Assembly (NCBI RefSeq): GCF_900113805.1
Contig: NZ_FOQT01000001.1
Coordinates: 722,411-786,410 of the forward strand
DNA from: Halpernia frigidisoli
GTDB lineage: Bacteria; Bacteroidota; Bacteroidia; Flavobacteriales; Weeksellaceae
Direction of reading: 5' to 3'
Length of the DNA stretch: 64,000 nucleotides
The position numbers and the translations under genes were made by a program. Every line of letters starts with the position of its first letter. The first letter of the stretch is position 1. Below the pieces are notes generated by a model that saw only the letters and a program-made list of their open reading frames with translations, was not told the origin of the DNA and made no database searches. Shown one piece after another: positions 58,698-64,000 of the stretch.

Positions 58698-59756
58698 TTA
58701 TAAAATTAACATCGCATCTCCATAAGAGAAGAATTTATAGTCCATCTTTACGGCTTCTTCATACGCTTCCATTAAGAAATCTTTTCCTGCAAATGCAGCG
58801 ATCATCATCATTAAGGTAGATTTTGGCATATGAAAATTGGTGATCATTGCAGTTGCAACACCAAAATCATGCGGTGGAAAAATAAATTTATTTGTCCAGC
58901 CATTGTAAGGTCCTAATTTTTTATTTGAAGAAACTGAAGTTTCAATTGCACGCATTGTTGTAGTTCCAACAGCGCAAATTTGACGGCCTTCTTCAACTGC
59001 TTTATTGATAATATCAGCATTTTTTTGGTCAATAATGGCTTCCTCAGATTCCATTTTATGTTTTGAAAGATCTTCAACTTCGATTGGGTTAAAAGTTCCC
59101 AAACCAATGTGTAAAGTTACTTCAGCGAAATCAACACCTTTGATTTCTAATCTTTTCATTAAATGTTTAGAAAAGTGCATTCCTGCTGTTGGTGCTGCAA
59201 CAGCGCCTTCATTTTTAGCATAAATCGTTTGGTAACGTTCTGCATCTTCAGGTTCAACTTCTCTTTTAATGTATTTTGGAAGCGGTGTTTCACCTAATTC
59301 TTTCAATTTTGCACGAAATTCTTCGTATGAACCATCGTATAAAAATCTTAAAGTTCTTCCACGTGACGTGGTATTGTCAATTACTTCCGCAACTAAACTT
59401 TCGTCCTCGTTAAAAAATAACTTATTTCCAATTCTGATTTTTCTTGCCGGATCAACTAAAACATCCCAAACTCTCGTTTCTTTATCTAATTCTCTCAATA
59501 AAAAAACTTCAATTTTCGCACCTGTTTTTTCTTTATTTCCGTAAAGTCTTGCAGGGAAAACTTTTGTATTGTTAAAAATAAACAGATCTTTTTCGTCGAA
59601 ATAGTCGATAACATCCTTAAACATTTTGTGTTCTATCTTTCCAGTTTTACGGTGAAGCACCATTAATTTGGATTCGTCGCGGTTTGGTGAAGGATGTTCT
59701 GCCAAAAGATGTTCCGGCAAATCAAAATAAAAATCTGAAGTTTTTAATTTCGACAT
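58698..59756 (-). CDS. queA: S-adenosylmethionine:tRNA ribosyltransferase-isomerase
   Basis: The N-terminus [12 protein letters not shown] and a C-terminal region conserved across QueA are present. Confidence 0.9.
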   Translation of the reverse strand: MSKLKTSDFYFDLPEHLLAEHPSPNRDESKLMVLHRKTGKIEHKMFKDVIDYFDEKDLFIFNNTKVFPARLYGNKEKTGAKIEVFLLRELDKETRVWDVLVDPARKIRIGNKLFFNEDESLVAEVIDNTTSRGRTLRFLYDGSYEEFRAKLKELGETPLPKYIKREVEPEDAERYQTIYAKNEGAVAAPTAGMHFSKHLMKRLEIKGVDFAEVTLHIGLGTFNPIEVEDLSKHKMESEEAIIDQKNADIINKAVEEGRQICAVGTTTMRAIETSVSSNKKLGPYNGWTNKFIFPPHDFGVATAMITNFHMPKSTLMMMIAAFAGKDFLMEAYEEAVKMDYKFFSYGDAMLIL

Positions 59757-59880
59757 AGTTTAATTTAAAATATTTGAGCGAAACAGTAACTCTGTTTCGG
59801 GGTGCAAATATACGATATTGAAAAGGCCTTTGTCAAGTGTTTTGGCAAATAAGATTTTTAAATCTTTAAAATCAACTATT

Positions 59881-60525
59881 TTACTCTGGTAATTTCACTT
59901 CTAAACTTTCTTTTTTAGGATCGGAAAATATTGTTTGAGACTTTTGTCCATTCTTGTTATCACTTAAACAACTTTTTAAAATAAAATTTTGATTGCCATA
60001 AAGTTTAGTAATTTCATTCTGAATATTTTCATTTATCAATTCTCGCTCATTTTTCGGACGAACCATCGTTAATAAATTTAAATAATTGACTTCAAAAGGT
60101 TCAATTTCAATTGTTAAATACAAATAAGATTTTTTAGAATTTTCCTCAGAAAATATTTTTACCAATAGTTTATATTTACTTAGTTCGGCTACTTTTATTC
60201 TTGTAATATTACTCTCCTTAATTTCTGTTGGAAGTATTAATGAGTCTTTATATTTTAATATTTTATTTCCAAAAACATCTGTTGATGTTGAGAATCGATA
60301 AGTATTAAAATTTTTATAATTTATAAAGTAGGCGAACTTAGCATTATCTTGAGACATTAATTTTATTTTATAATCTGCTGAACTTATGTGTAAATCCTCT
60401 TCAGTTATCTTTTCATTATTCTTAATATTTCTTTCCAAGACATGGACTTTGTAATCAAAATTATAAGTTTGCGCAGAAAACTGATTTGCGATCATTAATA
60501 TTAAAAAGAGTAAAATCTTGATCAT
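59881..60525 (-). CDS. hypothetical secreted protein
   Basis: Its signal peptide is LMIANQFSAQ. It has a weak N-terminal resemblance to the ORF at 36429. Confidence 0.4.
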   Translation of the reverse strand: MIKILLFLILMIANQFSAQTYNFDYKVHVLERNIKNNEKITEEDLHISSADYKIKLMSQDNAKFAYFINYKNFNTYRFSTSTDVFGNKILKYKDSLILPTEIKESNITRIKVAELSKYKLLVKIFSEENSKKSYLYLTIEIEPFEVNYLNLLTMVRPKNERELINENIQNEITKLYGNQNFILKSCLSDNKNGQKSQTIFSDPKKESLEVKLPE

Positions 60526-60547
60526 AAATTTTTATTTTATTTAAGAA

Positions 60548-60925
60548 TTATTTTGATGGCTCCCAAAGTTCAATTTTATTTTCTTCACAATCTAAAATAT
60601 GGATAAATTTTCCATAATCTGAATCTTCAATGTCATCTAAAATAATGACATCGGATTTTTTTAATTCTTCCACTAATTTTACTAAATCTTCTACAATATA
60701 ATTGATCATAAATTCTATATTGGAAGGTTCAAAATATTTAGTATCGTCTTCAAACGGGCTCCACTGTGTTGCTCCATTATTTGAAGATTCAGCGCATTTT
60801 TTCCAGTCGAAAGTTGCGCCGTAATCATTTGTATCTAAACCCAGATGTGTTTTGTACCACTCTCTTAATTTTGCTGGATCCTTTGTTTTAAAAAAGATGC
60901 CTCCAATTCCGAGTACTTTTTTCAT
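60548..60925 (-). CDS. VOC (glyoxalase/bleomycin-resistance fold) family protein
   Basis: Its size of about 125 aa and a GIGGIFFKTKDP N-terminus are typical of small VOC proteins. Confidence 0.55.
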   Translation of the reverse strand: MKKVLGIGGIFFKTKDPAKLREWYKTHLGLDTNDYGATFDWKKCAESSNNGATQWSPFEDDTKYFEPSNIEFMINYIVEDLVKLVEELKKSDVIILDDIEDSDYGKFIHILDCEENKIELWEPSK

Positions 60926-61055
60926 AGTTTTATGTTTTGAATTAATAATTAAAATTAGCGAATAAATTTGAATTTTGTAATTCTATTTTTTTACTTTTCT
61001 TTAAACAAAAAACAACGATTTCTTTTTTAGCCGCGGGTGAAGCGGCATCCTTTTT

Positions 61056-61092
61056 CATAAAATAGGCGCCTTTTCGGCGCCTATTTTATGAA
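61056..61092. terminator. strong bidirectional terminator palindrome
   Basis: TCATAAAATAGGCGCC-TTTTC-GGCGCCTATTTTATGA has 16-bp arms and lies about 110 bp downstream of the S9 peptidase gene. Confidence 0.7.
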
Positions 61093-61201
61093 AAAGATAT
61101 AGCGGAACACGGGATTGCTTTTCGGAAAAAGCGAAACCGTCTTGCTTCTAATTTAACGCTCCTAAATTCTTACTTTTACTGAACGCGCCAAAGGCAAATT
61201 C

Positions 61202-63199
61202 CTACAATGTTTCTTTCAGCCAACTGAAAAATTCGCGCTGCCAAACTAAACCGTTTTGTGGATGCAAAACCCAGTGATTTTCGTTCGGGAAATAGAGAAA
61301 TTTAGTTTTCAAACCGCGCAATTTTGCGGATTGAAAGGCTTCCTGACCTTGCTCGTAAGGAACGCGGTAATCAATTCCACCTTGAACGATCATGATTGGT
61401 TTATTCCAGTTTTGCACGAAATTACTTGGGTTAAAATCGGTGTAAGATTTTGGCTGTGGTTTGTCCCAAGGCGAGCCGCCCATTTCCCATTTCGCAAACC
61501 ACAATTCTTCGGTGGTGCCGTACCAGGATTTCATGTCATAAAGTCCGTCGTGTGCGATGAAAGTTTTGAATCTATTTTCGTGAATTCCTGCAAGCATAAA
61601 GACGCTGTAACCGCCGTAACTTGCGCCAACAGCAGCAATTCTATCCGCATCAACGTAAGGCAGAGTTTTTGCGAAATCTGTTGCTGAAAGGTAATCTTTC
61701 ATTGGTTGACCGCCCCAATCCTGAGAAATTGAAGCGTTCCAATCTACACCCCAACCTGGCATTCCACGGCGATTTGGCGCAACAATGATGTAACCGTTTG
61801 CAGCCATCAAAGCGAAATTCCAACGTGTGCTGAAAAATTGCGTTAAAGCAGATTGTGGTCCACCTTGACAATATAATAAGGTTGGATATTTTTTGGAAGG
61901 ATCAAAATTTGGTGGATAAATAAGCCAGACGCCCATTTCTTTGCCGTCTGTGGTTTTTACCATTTTTAGTTCGGATTTTGAAGTAGCGATTTTGGAATAA
62001 TTATCTTTATTTATTTCCGTAATCTGCGTCATATTTCCAGAATTTTGATCGACTGAAAATAAATCTGCATTATGGTTAAAATCTGTTCTTGTGACAATTA
62101 ATTTGTTATTATTTTGAGCAATTAAATCATCTACATCAAAATTACCAGTTGTGATTTGTGTTGCTTTTGGAAGTTTTATATTAACCGAAAAAAGTTGCTG
62201 CGTTCCTCTGAAAGCCGCACTAAATAAAATTGAATTCGAATCCTTTTTCCAGTCATAACTTCCACTTACACTTTCATCCCAGTTTTGCGTAAGATTTATG
62301 GTCACATTTGAAGCCAGTTCCAATACTTTTAAATCCTGTTTGTCGGACTCAAAACCATCGGTTTTCATATTTTGCCACGATAAATATTTTCCATCTGGTG
62401 AAAATTTTGGATTAACATCATAGCCTTTATTATCTTCTGTTAAATTCGTTGTTTTTCCTGATTTTAAATCATAAGAATACAAATCTGTATTGGTTGAAAG
62501 CGCGTATTCTGCGCCCGATTTTTTCTTCGACACGTAAACTATACTTGAAGAATCCGGATTCCAAATAAAATCTTCCGCTCCACCGAAAGGCATTTGTGGC
62601 GAATAAAATTTTTCGCCTTTCAATAAATCTTTCGCGTCGGCAGATTTTTCTGAAATATTTGCCACAAAAACATGGTTATATCCACCTTCATTCCAAGAAT
62701 CCCAATGTCGCGCGTCTAAATCGGTATAAACCTGAGCCGTGGATTTTGGTGTGTCTTTGTATTTATCTTTTCTTAAAATATTTTCAAGTTGCACTTTTTT
62801 ACTGAAAGCCACTTTTTTTCCATCCGGTGAAATTCTGATATTGTCTGCTTCGCCAACTCTGTAAAATTCTTTCCAGGTTTTTCCAATGTCTTTTGAGAGA
62901 TAAATTATTTCACCTTCTTGTGCATAAATTCCGTTTTTATCCCACTGAATAATTGATTTTTTACCTAAATCTAAATTTGTCGCTGCCGAATTATTTAAAT
63001 TTAAAAAGTAAAATTTTGAATTGGTTTTTTCGGTTTTTAGATCAACTTTTCCGACTTTGTAAATTAGTGAAGATTGATCCGGCGAAACGGCAGAAACTGA
63101 CATTTTATTGAGTGTCCAAAGTGTTTCCGCGGTCATTACATTTTGTGCATTCATAAGAAAAGGTGCTGCAACTGCGAGCAAAGTATGTTTTATTTTCAT
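61202..63199 (-). CDS. S9 family peptidase (prolyl oligopeptidase/dipeptidyl peptidase fold)
   Basis: A signal peptide, a beta-propeller N-terminal half and a C-terminal alpha/beta-hydrolase fold with the GxSxGG serine motif (GASYGGY) are present. Confidence 0.8.
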   Translation of the reverse strand: MKIKHTLLAVAAPFLMNAQNVMTAETLWTLNKMSVSAVSPDQSSLIYKVGKVDLKTEKTNSKFYFLNLNNSAATNLDLGKKSIIQWDKNGIYAQEGEIIYLSKDIGKTWKEFYRVGEADNIRISPDGKKVAFSKKVQLENILRKDKYKDTPKSTAQVYTDLDARHWDSWNEGGYNHVFVANISEKSADAKDLLKGEKFYSPQMPFGGAEDFIWNPDSSSIVYVSKKKSGAEYALSTNTDLYSYDLKSGKTTNLTEDNKGYDVNPKFSPDGKYLSWQNMKTDGFESDKQDLKVLELASNVTINLTQNWDESVSGSYDWKKDSNSILFSAAFRGTQQLFSVNIKLPKATQITTGNFDVDDLIAQNNNKLIVTRTDFNHNADLFSVDQNSGNMTQITEINKDNYSKIATSKSELKMVKTTDGKEMGVWLIYPPNFDPSKKYPTLLYCQGGPQSALTQFFSTRWNFALMAANGYIIVAPNRRGMPGWGVDWNASISQDWGGQPMKDYLSATDFAKTLPYVDADRIAAVGASYGGYSVFMLAGIHENRFKTFIAHDGLYDMKSWYGTTEELWFAKWEMGGSPWDKPQPKSYTDFNPSNFVQNWNKPIMIVQGGIDYRVPYEQGQEAFQSAKLRGLKTKFLYFPNENHWVLHPQNGLVWQREFFSWLKETL

Positions 63200-63218
63200 A
63201 TTTTTTTAATTATTTTTT

Positions 63219-64000
63219 TTAAAGATTTAAAGCATTGTCTTTCGGTTTATAGTCCATATAAATTCCGTTATCAATTGTTACAGATTTAATTTTTTTTGCA
63301 GTTGGAATATTAGTTTTAAAATCTTTTTCATTGGCTTTCCAAACTTCCGGCGTGAAATGTTTTGTTGATTTTGTACCATCAGAATATTCTGTAATCACAT
63401 CAAAAGGAATTGCAAAACCACCTAAATTTTCAATATTTAAAATTAAATTTTTGCCGTTCATTTTTGCGGAACTTAATTTTAAATCAATGTAATTATTTGT
63501 GTAAAACCAGTTTTGAAAAAACCACGTTAAATCTTTTCTACTTCCAGTTTCCATCGCATAAAAATAATCCCACGGAATCGGATGTTTTCCGTTCCATTTT
63601 GACATATAATAATGAAGTGCTTTTTTAAACAGATCGTCGCCCAAATAATCTTTCAAAGCCAGATAAGATAAACTTGCTTTTACATAAGAATTGTTACCAT
63701 ATCCCGCGCCAGAAACCTGAGTACTTTCTGAAATTATGGGTTGATCTTCATCTGAAGAAGGATCAAAAATCCAGCGTTTTACACGAAAATCTTTATAAAA
63801 TTTATCAGCGTATTCTTTTCCATGTTCGGCAGTTCCGATTAAGTATTCAAAAGTTGTTGCCCAACCTTCGTCCATATAAGCGTATCTTTTTTCATTAATT
63901 CCCATGTAAAATGGAAAATAAGTATGTGCAATTTCGTGATCTACAGTTAATCTGGAATCATTTAAATCATTAGGAATCGTCGAATCATTCACCATCATTG
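63219..64000 (-). CDS. zinc metallopeptidase (HExxH, M1-like), truncated at the window edge
   Basis: An HEIAHTY motif plus a downstream Glu are present. The ORF runs off the end of the window, so the N-terminus is missing. Confidence 0.55.
   Translation of the reverse strand, partial: MMVNDSTIPNDLNDSRLTVDHEIAHTYFPFYMGINEKRYAYMDEGWATTFEYLIGTAEHGKEYADKFYKDFRVKRWIFDPSSDEDQPIISESTQVSGAGYGNNSYVKASLSYLALKDYLGDDLFKKALHYYMSKWNGKHPIPWDYFYAMETGSRKDLTWFFQNWFYTNNYIDLKLSSAKMNGKNLILNIENLGGFAIPFDVITEYSDGTKSTKHFTPEVWKANEKDFKTNIPTAKKIKSVTIDNGIYMDYKPKDNALNL

Overview
This 64-kb window reads as a chromosomal segment of a low-GC Flavobacteriaceae genome, probably Chryseobacterium-like. It has about 70 protein-coding genes and no rRNA, tRNA, CRISPR or obvious mobile-element genes. 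Recognisable housekeeping genes include katG, gyrA, serC-serA, fabI, lpdA, rlmN, queA, tag, pncA, dgkA and a fused alpha/beta ketoacid-dehydrogenase E1. An accessory copper-homeostasis island (Met-rich multicopper oxidase, DUF305, DUF3347, a Cys-rich HYC_CC_PP-like protein and a Crp/Fnr regulator) sits beside a YtxJ/DinB redox pair. Further along are an ECF-sigma gene paired with a vWA/plug fusion protein and a TPR-sensor histidine kinase with a LuxR-type response regulator. The most unusual locus lies at about 50.5-53.8 kb. Three tandem paralogous genes encode ~64-73-aa secreted peptides with a conserved signal peptide and a conserved C-terminus (YVKFDHTDNSLG..TPPRD / PARPPQD). Each is followed by copies of a ~60-bp composite repeat (hairpin plus an ATCAACACAAATGATGAAAAAAAA core). 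They are transcribed divergently from a membrane-anchored regulator with a predicted extracytoplasmic TPR domain and a cytoplasmic AraC HTH, and the shared promoter carries CAACACAAAT-type direct repeats. I read this as a candidate peptide-based signalling or secreted-peptide regulatory module; I do not recognise it as a described system. Separately, a three-copy structured intergenic repeat family (at 29.0, 36.1 and 55.8 kb) shows compensatory changes in its closing stem, and several strong Rho-independent terminators are visible.
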